Origin: Dicyema japonicum
Taxonomy: Eukaryota > Animalia > Dicyemida
Direction: 5' to 3'
NCBI GenBank assembly: GCA_011109175.1
Contig: RDEW01000009.1
Span: 315,237-379,236 of the forward strand
DNA length: 64,000 nucleotides
This document shows positions 13,669 to 25,831 of the stretch, piece after piece. Each line of letters opens with the position of its first letter. Position 1 is the first letter of the stretch. The notes under the pieces were generated by a model. That model searched no databases. It had not been told where the DNA came from and worked only from the letters and a program-made list of their open reading frames with translations. Position numbers and translations under genes: made by a program.

Positions 13669-14264
13669 ATGCTATTTTTAATTTTTAAGTGTAAAAAATA
13701 AATGCAATTTTAAGTGCTGAAAAAATAATTTGTTTTTTAATTTTTCTTTTTGAATGTTAATCATAAATAAAAATCGAATCATTTACCATCAATAACAAAA
13801 AATTATTGAAGTGAACATTAATAGATTATTTGTTTTTTATGTGTACTCCGTGGAGCCGATAATAATATAATTATTTACCACGCTAGTTTAAATTCTCTCG
13901 TTATGCCAAAACCAAAGAGTTCAATGTTAAAAAAAGCTAGAAGAACAGTCTCTGAATTCAAAGATGAATTTTGAGTTAGGAATGATGGGAATATATTTTG
14001 TCTGCTTTGCTTATCTATAGTCAACTGTTCTTTTTCCTCTATTTGGCTGATTGTTACTAATATTATATTACGACCATGGCGTCATTTATTCGACTACCCT
14101 GCAAGAAAGCTTTTTGGCATGGTTTAAAAATGGGACTCTACTAATAAATAGAATTTTATAGAGGGTGCCCCAAGCCGGGGTTGTACTGTATATCAAAACT
14201 AATCTTCCCTTGATGAGAAATTATTACAAAATACGGCCCTCAAAGCGAAATGAGTTAAGTAGGT

Positions 14265-14744
14265 TAGGGTGTATGTGACAAATGTGTTATGGATAAGGGT
14301 TACTGGTTCTATTTGCATCTTCCAACACTGATTTAATTTGCTTTAGTGTTTTCCAAAATTGATGAGATGAACTTTTCCCGTTGAGGCGATTGACCAGGTG
14401 ACGCCACCTCTGATCCCGGTGGTCTTTATGCTCTGGTTAATACCTTTATTTAGTTGTCTGGGAAAGTGTTGGAGTAGAGGATGAGAGCTAAGTCAGCTCG
14501 ATTTGCGGAGAGGAGAGCTCGAAGTTCCAGAATCTTCCTTCTAATTCTATTTTTATTTAGTTATTAAATTATTAAGTCTCCAAGTTTGTTTCAATGTCGC
14601 CACATAGAAGAATCAATAGTCCAGAACAATGGTTGCACAAGACTTTGTCAGAAGCACATAGGTTACGAGAACTCCCAAGTAGTGGCTCTTTTTGTTCCTT
14701 TCCGAAATCGGTGACACCTTTTCGGGTGAGTCACAAAACACCAC
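14265..14744 (-). mobile_element. Ingi/Vingi-like LINE, deleted copy: 5' RNA motif plus 2A relic
   Basis: Homologous to 44880-46217; encodes CNHCSGLLILLCGDIETN; structured 5' motif at 14682-14744. Confidence 0.8.
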
Positions 14745-14951
14745 GTTAAACACATGCTCTGAACATTATAGTTCAATGATTAAACACGAGGAGACTACAA
14801 GATACTTAAATGATACACTTAAACTATAAATAAAGCGGAATTTCCCCTAAAGCTAAAAGTAACAAATTAAATGATGATTATCATACACTTCATTGTTTTA
14901 TTAATTAAAATATAGATAAGTAGTAACATGAAACCTAAAAGAAACAAAATA

Positions 14952-16439
14952 TTAGAATCGTTGATCATCCATTCTATTATTAAGTCTATCAAATAGTTGG
15001 TCGATAACTTCAATATGATCATCTTCACAATATCTCTGATCGTCAAACCGAGATAATGACACCAATTTATCAAATATATCATCCAAATGACCCTCCCCTG
15101 TCGATAATTCTTCACTCTCAAGCAATCCCATCGTTGGTCGTCTTTCCCAATTTCCCTGTCCCACTGATATAACGTCTAACTCACTAGTATGATCACTCGT
15201 AATGTCCACTAAATAACCATAAAATCCTCACCCATTGGTTCATATCTCTGGTCGTTCAAACGGAAGGCATTCAATCTGTCAATTATAGCATCCAATGAGT
15301 CTAATGACTCATCCTCTCTCCGGTCACCAACTCCCAACAGATCAATGGTTTTTTTATAATAATGAGCACCGAATATCTTAAGTTCTTCGTCCCCAATCTA
15401 CATATAATTCCAACCCACCTTGTCAGATACATCCACCAGTTTTCTACTATGATAAAGTAACTGAAAGTGGTCTCCTCGGGCATTCAAACAGATAATCAGT
15501 CCTGCAGTTGCCTCCGCCAGTTCCTTATCGCTTTGTAATATTGTTGAAAAGTCCACAAGCATTTTATAATACTTAATTGCCTCCATATACTCTCCCACTC
15601 TCTAAATGAGTCCCCCAACACACGACATGCCCTCGCAAATACGTGGGGACTCTTCTTAGTGAGTGCTTCAATTCCTTTCACAGACTCAATAGCTTTACTG
15701 GGCATCCCCAATTGGAGCAGACAAGTCCCCCTATTGACCATAGCATTGGCCATCCCCACCTCATCCCTACAGAATCGTGCCTCTTTGAGTCTCTTTTATC
15801 ATCCAATAGACCAACCAGTGTGTGATAGTCGAATGCCTTGTCGTAATCTCCTCTTACATAATGACAATTCCCCAATACATTGAAGATCCTCCCCTTCTCA
15901 AGGGCACTGCATGGGCTTTCGTAATACTTACTAAAACTCAGATATAGCTATACAAGAAATAGTCAATGGCACAATCCACGTGCTTTACTATATCTTTCCG
16001 AGATATTGAGTTTTTTGCCCGTTCGTAGTGAATACAGCCCAGCATGTACAATGCACGACCCTGCATGTAAATGAGAACTATACTTTGCCTTCAAATCTTT
16101 CCGAGACAATCTCAAGGTATTCTTCGGCAGTCGAATACTCCCGCATTTTCATAAGGACTGTACCAATGTTAAGACATGCTCGTACTTCTCCTTTACTGTC
16201 TCTGTTGTTTCTATTATTAAAGCATTTCCTGACTTGCTTTCAGTGAGTTCTTTGTTAAAATATACCAACGCCTCATCACATTTTCCCATCAAAAGTTTGA
16301 CCTCCCCCAACTGTCTGTAAACGTAGACTGCCAACTGTGGACTCACAGTATCCTTGATTACGGTTAATTTGTCGACCGCCTCTTCTAATTTGTTATTCTG
16401 AATAAGGGTTTGTGCTTCCAAAATAGCACGTAGTGACAT
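14952..16439 (-). CDS. GPSM2: G-protein signalling modulator (Pins/LGN/AGS3 family): TPR array plus 3 GoLoco motifs
   Basis: Introns 16211-16233, 16061-16083, 15931-15953, 15793-15815, 15398-15418, 15209-15231 (21-23 nt, GT-AG). Spliced TPRs GEVRACLNIG, GRALYMLG, KGRIFNVLGNCHY; GoLoco ends RLNDQR, RFDDQR, RMDDQR. One frameshift near 15600. Symbol indicates the family, not proven orthology. Confidence 0.9.
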
Positions 16440-17039
16440 AATTATATTTGGCTCTATTCATTTATTTGTTTAAATATTTAATTATTATAATTATAAGTAA
16501 TTTTATTTATAAAATGCAAATTAATGGGTCCTTTTTTTACATCTCTGCCGCCAGAGGTGTTTTCTGAGAGATTAGAAACGCAATCTCGTCAAGGCTTGGA
16601 GATCCTCGGGATTGCAATCGTTTGCAGAAATGCCCTTTGTATTTTTACAGTCAATGGTTGATTTTGTTTTTTATAATAAATATATCTACTGAAAAAAACT
16701 AATTAAGAATTGGATATACAGAGGTTTAGAGTGGGGCTTGATAATTCTATGCTCGACTATGATTAGATTTATTATCTTAAAAGTATAAATACATTTTTAA
16801 ATTTTAATTTTCAACTGTGTACCACGTTTAATTATTGACTAATTTCGATCGATTTATGTCTCAATTGATCAGAGAACCATTTAATTAACAAAATCGATAG
16901 TCTCTGTTTTCTTATACTGAAGTTAGCACTGAATATAAAAAATAATAACGTTAATAAAAGTTAAACTTGTGATTTAAACTATGAAAGATATACATTTCTC
17001 TCCAATCTCTTCCTTATCCAGGAAACAAACGAAACATAA

Positions 17040-18530
17040 TGAATTTTAACAGTCATAACATACACGCGATACTTGGACAGTCACTTAATGTCAATGAGGT
17101 CGAAACCAGAAAAACATACACCAAAGATGTCCCCAACGAACTAAAGGAGAGAGTAAACCGGAAACTTTTGGAGGGCGATGTGCGGGCAGCCTTACGGGTT
17201 ATCACGTCCGATGACACAGTATTGCTTTGTACCCCCGAGGTCCTGAGCCCCTTAATACTGAAGCATCCAGATGCACCGACTGACTATGAAAAGTTTTTGA
17301 ATCCCGAAGGACTAGCAGCGGCGGAAGCTTGGAAGGGTTACGTCCTGGACATATTAAGGACCTTACGTCCACTTGCACATCGGAAGCAAAACGCTGTCTT
17401 GTCAAATCGATTACGGACCTTATCAGAAAAATGGTTAACAGCGACATCCCAGAAAATGCCAGAGAATTGCTCTTCTCCGCAATGCTACTTGCTTTCAAAA
17501 AACCCAATGGGGGAATCCGCCCCATTACGGTCGGGAACTATTTCAGGAGACTTGCAGCAAAGGTAGCTTCTGTGTCGGTCTAAGATCGGCGCTGGAGGTT
17601 GCGTACCCAGCATATCTGTCGTCTCTCTCAAGCTGCAGCCATTTGATACGGCAAATTCTTCATCACACTATTGGACTTCGCTGGAATGAGTCATTTGACG
17701 AAGCTTGTCGAAAATGGAACGGGTCCAGACTCAAAATCCCCGAAGACACAACGAAGCAAAGTAATTGGGATAACATTGTCTGCTCCAAAAATTTTGGAAG
17801 ACCTCAAAAAAGAAGCAAATCAACATCGTCTAGCTTGTTTGGTGTCAGCTTCAAGTGGAGGGAGTTGAGCATGGTTTAATGCCATACCTTGCCCAAACCT
17901 AGGGACTTTTTTGGACGACGATTCTTTGAGGATTGGAATCGGACAAAGGCTATGACTAGACGTTTGCCAGGAGCACCGATGCTGATGCAGGAAAATAGTC
18001 GATCGAAGGGATTGCACCCGCTGTCCTGCAGAAGAAGTGCTGGAAACGGACCACGTCACGCTGCTCTGAACGATGTGATCGCCACAGCTCTGAAGGCTAC
18101 AGGCTTCTCATCTCAGCTTGAACCAGTGGTTCTCGATCGAGGAGATGGAAAGAGACCTGACGGGATGACCCTTTTCCCTTACACGTCTGAAAGATCTTTG
18201 GTCTGGGACGCAACTTGTGTTGACACATTTTCAAGCACGAATCTTTTCAAATCGGTTCAGACACTGGATCAGCTGCTTCGACGCGGAAAACTAAAAATCA
18301 AAAAATATTCTTCCTCGGGGACGTTACCGATTTACTCCTGTTGCGGTTTAGTCATCGGGAGCCGTTGGTCCAATGACGGCTGAGTTCTTGCGCGAACTCG
18401 GAGGAATGCTTGCCAGAAAGAAAAGGGATCAACGAGAAGCGTTATGGCTGAGACAAAAGATTGGAATGGCCATACTCCGAGGGAATCCATGCAGCCGGCT
18501 TTCTCAACTAACATTTGTTTAATAATAATA
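17040..18530 (+). mobile_element. CRE-like RT-RLE retrotransposon, decayed and internally deleted
   Basis: EGDVRAALR, GLRPGHIKDL, KKPNGGIRPITVGNYFRRLAAK, RHAALNDVI, DGKRPDGMT, WDATCVDT; (AAT)n tail. Confidence 0.85.
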
Positions 18531-18719
18531 ATATTAACATTTGTTTCTTTGGTTAATAAATTTTTTACTACTAAAAAAATTATTTAATGATCAAGGCAAT
18601 AATTGATTTCGTGTGGGGAATAATTATAAACATTAATCATGCCTTAAAATGTGATAATTTAAAAGGTCCCTTATATCATCCTGTCTAAGCACATCAACTT
18701 GCCAAAAACCTTTTAATAT

Positions 18720-19223
18720 TTTCTATTAGGTTTTGATAATACACTAATGTTTGAAAAAGCTTTGATGAATAAAACAGATCTGCAATAAAAGATTATAAAC
18801 AAATTTATAATACAAACTGGGTTGATAGCTAAAAGAGATCCATCGCATTGATGACTTCGTCAGTCGAATACTCGACACAAATGATAAAGTTCTTAAAATT
18901 ATGTATGAATTTCATGTTGGCTAGCAGCCCTTACAGGAGCATGTCGAAAGGGAAATGTACATATTTATGAGGAATTTATTAGTAAATTTTATAGTGATGG
19001 ATATGAGTTCTGTGAGAATATCGGGGTATATTTGTACTAGTGTGGATTGTGTAGCATAGAAAAAGTAAGAGACCAAGGGTGATCAGACATCCCCATTTAG
19101 GAATTAAAAAAAACAAAGATCAAAAAGGAATCTTTCGACAAAGTAGGTAACGGTGTTGTATTAAAACCCACAACTAACTGTGATGTGAGCAATAGCACTA
19201 ACCACTACGCTACCTGGTGGTGA
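18720..19223 (+). pseudogene. Candidate lineage-specific mini-intron gene or pseudogene
   Basis: Two 22-nt GT-AG segments (GTATGAATTTCATGTTGGCTAG, GTGATCAGACATCCCCATTTAG) plus a possible 29-nt one link an open frame RSIALMTSSVEY...LSALTGACRKGNVHIYEEF...ELKKTKIKK. One in-frame TAA near 18830; no recognisable family. Confidence 0.3.
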
Positions 19224-19487
19224 ACCACGATGCCATTCAAGGATAGACAAATACCGCTTATTAAATTTAAATTTATTGAACCAGAAAACCATCGTTATAG
19301 GCAGAATGAAAAAAATCAGGTGATCCCAGCCTCCCTCTACAGTCTTCGCATGCTCGAATTTGAAGAAAGTGCCATCCTGGGAGAACTCCTCTGGATGGCT
19401 GACATAATGAGCGTTGAAATGATCTTAAATTAATATTTCATAATAATCAATTATTTAAAATAATAATATTAAAACCACATAATTATA

Positions 19488-20084
19488 ATGGATTCTTATG
19501 GTAATGGTTCAGTCGACACAACATATGAGGACATTGAAGACTGTCAGAGAGAATTAGACATTCTGAATGAAAAGGCAAGTCAGGAGATAATCAAAACAGA
19601 CTATGAATATTATCTTAAAAAGAAACCGCTAAATATTCAAAGGGACAAGCTACTTAGACAAATACCGCTTTTTTGGCAGCGGACAGTAATCACTGATTTG
19701 ATCCCCAGCTTAAACAAAATCCCCAAATATGTGGTCAAATCACTCCCGAGGATATGGAAATTCTGTCCTATTGTGTCTCTTTGTTTGTGGATGAACACCT
19801 GGAGGAGAATTCAGGGTACTCAATCACATTTGTAACACATTAACGCATAATTTAGACGTTTCTTCCTCACAGATTTTTCTCCAATTCATCCCTAGTTCGT
19901 ACATTTCCACCGTCGAATCCTCCTTATAAGATAGACTGGACCATTCCGACCAACAAATCGTTTTTTGACTCTTTTATGAATGAGGACGACATTGGTGTGG
20001 TTATCAGAGAAGATATATGGTCGGATGTACTGGAATACTATCTGGTTTGTTTCATCATTTATTTAGATGGAAAGTTGTTATTAG
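19488..20084 (+). CDS. SET: SET/TAF-I (NAP family histone chaperone) homolog
   Basis: Introns 19686-19708, 19832-19855, 20045-20066. Spliced protein IEDCQRELDILNEKASQEI...QIPLFWQRT|LKQNPQI...SGYSITF|TF...DIGVVIREDIWSDVLEYYL|MESCY*. Confidence 0.9.
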
Positions 20085-21519
20085 TTAATTGTTATGTTAG
20101 ATAATTGTTTTTTACTTAATCATGGTCACAAACTACAGTTACAATTTTCAGTTCCACCTACTATGGTGGATGTGTCTTATGTTTATAAGTAATCTTTTAG
20201 TTCCCATGGATATTGTTCTGTAGTTGTATTAGCACATCGTCTTTTTATATTGGGTTTATTAAGTTTGATGCAATGATTGATATTTTTATATCATCTCTAA
20301 GTTGTACTGGTATCTTAACTTTAATCCTGGCTTATATTGGAGTAAACTGTTATGAATTATTATGTAACCCCTGCAATAAAACACCAAGGAGGAGTATAAC
20401 CATCTAATTATATGATCCTCGTATACCTCAACAAAATCGAGAGATTTTTTGCTGTGTTCCTAATACCCACAGCTTTTCTAAATCCAGGGCGCTCCCTTTA
20501 TCAACATTTAGAGAGGCCTGGGTTTTTATTCAATTTACTCGTTTCGAAAGCTTCTAACGCTGGTTGATGTAAACGATCAGATTCAGACCCATTGTTCTGG
20601 ATTGCCGCGTGGTCAAGAACTCTTGATGGATGTAATAAAAATAACTGATTTTGATTAATCAATGGAATAGAAAGTACAGATTGTAATTAAGAATGGTCGA
20701 TTTAGTTGATACTAATGGTGTCACGGCCGTGTGGTGCCATGTGTCGCCATGTGATCAATTGACTAGAGATTACTCTTCCTTTTCTATGGAGTCATTAGAT
20801 CCACCTTACTCAGGAGACGCCCAATGCCTGTCCGATGTTCAAAGGATCCATCTATTCATTCTACCGGGAGACAATTCCGTTCCCTGGCGACGAGTTCTGG
20901 ACTCGACCTTAACTTCCCAGACAACGTCCTCTGGATCATTGTGCTTGGCTGAAGGTAGTTTGGTTTTACCCTTTGACTCTGGAATACATTAATGTTATGG
21001 ATAAGCAATGTCATTGCTAATCATCCAATCTATCTACAATGGAAGTCGATTGAAGAACTATGTCTGAAGAAGAACCGTTAATTTTCAGATCGTGACACAG
21101 ATGAATATACTGGATTCACTAATTTTTGACAGAATCAGTGAAATCCAAAGCCATTCTTTCGTATCGACGGGAGACTGTCGAGGATAGGTTCGTAAAGGCG
21201 TGTAACGAGCTGATTTTGTTCTGATAGAAAGTTTTCGAGCTAGAGTTTGGGATTATGATGGATACTAATCTTTTTTATTAAATGAGTCTTAGAAACAAAG
21301 TCAAACGCCTTTTTAAAAATGTTGAAATCATCGCCGTGGGGATATATGGCCTAGAGCATTTAAACAGTCTATAATAGATTGGAATAAAGTTGGTAAGTGA
21401 ATTGCGTTAGAAACCATGTTGGAAAAATGACGCCGGCAAGCCATGAATTATTATTATTTTAATAGCAATGTCCATGGAAACAGAAAAGTTAATTAATTGG
21501 AGATTCCAACTTTTCCATG

Positions 21520-21900
21520 CATCTCAGGATACGCTGTATGTCGTTTCTATTTCTCCCTGTTCTCGCAAACGCCACGAATAGTCGTCATTAAAACTATCTT
21601 CTCTACCATAATTGGGAGTGCAGTCAACGAGATCGTACGATATGGGAAGACGTGGTTTTTCTAATTCCCAAGTTTTAGAGAAGGAAGGAATAACTGATTT
21701 TTTAGATGTTGGGGAGAGTGTCCGTATTGACAATGTGATTGTATATGACGTCAGTATCAATTTTTCCAGAGACTCCAAGTGTTCCAGATTTGTTGAAGAC
21801 ACCTCATCAGGTCACAGTCACGAGAGTTCTGTAGGGGGCAAATGGTCTTCCCCATTTTTTTGGCAGTGAAAATGTCTTCGTATATATTGGCATTGGCCTG
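21520..21900 (-). mobile_element. Possible N-terminal remnant of a CRE-like element
   Basis: LESLEKLILTSYTITL resembles the segment preceding the RT in other CRE-like copies; highly decayed. Confidence 0.3.
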
Positions 21901-22014
21901 AATGGGCGAGTGTTGATCCTAAAAAAACTTGGGTAATCCTTTTAGTTATCGATACATAGAAATTGATAAGTTTTTTTAATTTTTTGGAACAAACTACAAG
22001 TCAAAACATAAGTT

Positions 22015-24125
22015 AGTTAGTTGCCGCCCTCACTGCGTGAGTGTTCCCTCTCAGAATTGCGAGCGAAATTCACTCAAATAGCCAGCGGCGTTCACGGAGA
22101 TCTCTAGTGCATGAGGAGATCCGGTTTCCAAGACGTCCGAAAAACTCGAGTGTAGAGGGGGAGTAGGATCCGGAAGTCTCCATAGCAAGGGGAACAAATT
22201 TGACATTATCGGGAAGGTAGACGTATTTCGTGTTTGGCCTTCTCCGCTTTGACGGCTGCAGAGAGGCCCTTGAAGGCACTCGTGAAGATTGTTCGGGCGA
22301 ACGTGTCTGTACATGTCACGTCCCAAACAAGTGATTTCCCGGCTCAAAGGAAATATGGTCATCCCGTCCGGTCGTTTCCCGTCACTTCTGCATAACTCGA
22401 CCGGTTCAATAATGGCCGAGTATCCAGCACCATCCATAGCCCGCTTGACAATCTCATTAAGAGCCTTGTGCCTTGGAGATCTGCCAGCGCTCCTCTTGCA
22501 GGCGAAAAAGTGCAGGCCATAGCAGTCTATCAGGATGCCACATCGGCACGGGTGAGGTACACATATTTTTAGTCCCAGCCACTTCTAACGCATTTGTCAT
22601 CCAGAAAAGTCCCCAGAACTCCATTGGGGATGGCGTTTAGCCAAGCTCCGCTCTCAGGGGAAGCCCCCGAAAACAAATAAGCGCATCAGTGCTGATTGGC
22701 AGATTCCAGTAGGAGTCCAAATAATTTCCAACATAATAAATTGTCCAGGTTTCGCTGGCAGTCTTGTGAAGGAAGCAGGTGAAGGTTGGTGGCATTCCAT
22801 GCTTCTCGTGCGTGATTATGTCTTTGTCAATTGAGAATTCGGGTAGGGAATGTAGAATCTTCCTGACCAAAGGTTCGCAGGCCGTGAGTGAAACAGATGT
22901 ACAGGAAGTGAGACGTCCAAAGTACGACGGATTCCAAGACCCCCAAATCTAACTGGGAGTGTAGCTTGCTTCCATGTAGCATCGTCGAATTTAACATTAA
23001 ATATTTGCTCCGTCGAGCTGAAGAAAGACAAATCAAAATGCTCAAGCTGCTCCAGTTGAAATAATACGGGCTGTTCTGAGTAAATAGGCGATTCTCTGAA
23101 TGTTAAGACTTCTTTTCATGAGGAATAGTGCTGAGTGTGAGTCAAGTGCTGTAATCTGTCCGCGATTCGCATAGGAGTTGTTTTTTGTCAAGGAGGACAT
23201 GCTTAATTGCATTCCTAGTGATCGGGGATCCAAGAAAAATCAATTCGTTTTCAGGGTCGAAATCCCACCAGGAAACAAGGAGTAAAATTTTGGAAAATTG
23301 AAAGAAGTCATCGTCAGCAAGACCACAGTTTGTTATTTCACATTTCGTTGTATTCAACTCAAGACCCACTTCGGACAACGCGGGGATGAGTACTTCTAAC
23401 TCCTGGAAGACCGTTTCGGGACCTCCTAAGACAGCGTCATCGAGGTACCAGATGTTGAGTGGGCATGAGAGAGCTTAGTAATCCTCTCAATTCCGAGGGA
23501 GAACAGCTGTGGTCCGAGGGGTCGCCCTGTTGATCACATGAGGACGATGGAACCATGAAATCCCGGTGCAATAGTGACGTAGGCTTTCCCTATGAATAAT
23601 TGACCAGTTCAAATATATATGGACATCTTTCTTTGCAGGCCTTCAGAATGCAGTCTCTTCTTAAACTGTTAAAAGCGTTCTTGATGTCCAGCTTTACCAT
23701 GATGTGCCATTTTAAGTCTTGAATCCTACGGTTCCTGAATGTCCTGACGGAGTGAACGGCTGCCTCACATCCAAGGCAAACTCCGACTCCAACTTACTGG
23801 GAAGTATGAATTTTGACAAGATTGGCGTAGAAAATCTTGAAGCAATCTTGGCTGCTAGTCTCCTGAAGGTGAATCCGACCGCGATCGGGCGGATCCACCT
23901 CCCTTCTTGTCGACTGCAATCAGACTAGTCGAAAACAAAATATGACGTATCAAATCAGGCAAATGTCCAGTTAATATCCTGTTTATAAGAGAAGTGAGTG
24001 AGAAGGAGAGACGACATGCTTGGTATCCAATAGTCGGTGAAATAAGGTCTTTAAGATGGCCAGGCCATAAGCCATCGAGACCTCCACTGCTACTTGGTGA
24101 AAAGTTCCATAACGCCGTGATGACA
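22015..24125 (-). mobile_element. CRE-like RT-RLE retrotransposon, decayed
   Basis: IRPIAVGFTFRRLAAK, QQGD, WYLDD, WKQATLPVRFGGLGIR, DGKRPDGMT, FVPLAMETSG. Confidence 0.88.
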
Positions 24126-24185
24126 ACAATAGGTGAAATTCAAGAATAGGAGGAAAATCTGAATAGGCGAAAGTCAAAAATAGGA

Positions 24186-24550
24186 GAAGAATCTTAATAG
24201 ACAAAAATACTCAATAGGCGAAAATCAACACAACACGTTTTTTTATTAGTGTGCCGCGAGAATTATTTTCTGAAAATCCTCTGATCTAGTTCATCCATAA
24301 TTCTCTATAACATTTGATTAGAAAAGGTCACAAAACTGCAACATACTAGATGAAAAATTAAATTTGTTTAATGGAGAATTGTGTACAGGTAAGGAATTAA
24401 AATATAGGAAAAATAATCCATTTCCTCCTATAACCCAATTTGAAACAAAATCTCAGATCTAAACTAGGAAAGACAGGAGAGATGAATAGCGGATCCGTTG
24501 TTTCTATTTGAAAAAGAAAGGAGTTTCAAAAGATAAGACAATTTAGATTG
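24186..24550 (+). repeat. 365-bp direct repeat, left copy
   Basis: Near-identical to 25832-26196. Confidence 0.92.
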
Positions 24551-24749
24551 CTATAATTGATTGTTTACTATGTTTTCCTTTGCTCATTATTATAAATTTT
24601 ATTTTTTAATGTTAAATTAAAATTTTTTTAAATAAAAGTAATCTTTAGGGTAATTAAGTTTATTTTAAATAATTAAAAATATTGTTATTATATCTTATTA
24701 TTGCATGGTAAACCAAAAAATGAATAAATTGAAAAAAATATTTTAATTA

Positions 24750-25431
24750 ATGCACCCTAAAATTCGTGTTGCCGTAAACATAACTTTTTCCATTATATCA
24801 TTTGTATGATAATTTTTACTAAGGATAGTTGCTTTCTCTGGGGCTAATAGTTGGAACTACGTATTGCACAATTCGAATAAAGATTTTATTTGATGATGAT
24901 GAACAAGTTCCATATTGGGTTATCATTTTCATTTCATCTGGATCTTTTCTCGCTTTTTACCATATTGTCTTGGGGACTTTTGGAATTCTAAGTATTAGTT
25001 TAAAAAAATCGTCCGATTCGAATAACGGTTTTAAATTATCACTAATAAGTTTAGTATTGGATATTACTTTTCTTCTTTGTGATTGTTAATGTTAGTATTA
25101 TCGTGTGCTTGGTAATATTCAATGAACAAATTCTTGATTTTTTAAAGATTGTGGTCAAAAAAATCGAAGATATTAATGAGGTCAAACATTCAATAGAAAC
25201 TGATGTATTATACTGATTATTTCTAGTTAAGCTGTACTTTTGATACTTCTGCTGAAAAACTACTGGTACTTAATATAAATGATTTAGACATGTAATGATA
25301 TCATCATTACAATTTACACCAATATTAAAATAGCAATGATTTCAATTTCATCTAGCACTTCATTTATTTCGGTTTATCCTAATTGTACAATTCAGGTTAT
25401 TTGCATGATATTCAATTTTCCTAAAAAATAA
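24750..25431 (+). CDS. Divergent tetraspanin-like four-TM protein
   Basis: Introns 24804-24828, 25028-25054, 25205-25226, 25266-25287, 25372-25395. Four hydrophobic segments, tetraspanin-type intron placement, EC2 SIETD|LSC...TC. Needs one base removed from the A7 run at 25002-25008. Confidence 0.7.
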
Positions 25432-25831
25432 ACCAGGGATTAGAATATACTAACGCCTTAACTAAACATTAGAATATACTAACCCCTTAACTTAAAAAAA
25501 TTAATAGAACATTAAAATTGGGACAGAAATAATCAATAGGTCTAATTAAGTAATTATTAGTAATAAATAGGGCGATTTATTTTTTAACCTAGAAAATAAA
25601 AAATTTAATCTAAAAAAATTAACTTTATTAACCTAAAAACTAAAAAAATTAACCCAAAAATTTAACTTTATAACTAAACAATAAAAACACTAAAACATTT
25701 TGTTACACATACAAATTACATAATTTTCTAAATTTTCTGATAGAAAATTTAGGTTGGATTTTAGAAAATTCTTTATCTCAGAAGAACATCGTTCAACCGA
25801 GAACGAAGTTAGCTGACAATTCAGGAGTAAT

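Noticed and set aside
24997-25010. T TTA AAA as a programmed -1 frameshift site in the tetraspanin
   Set aside because: The -1 frame reaches TAA within a few codons; the productive correction is in the other direction.
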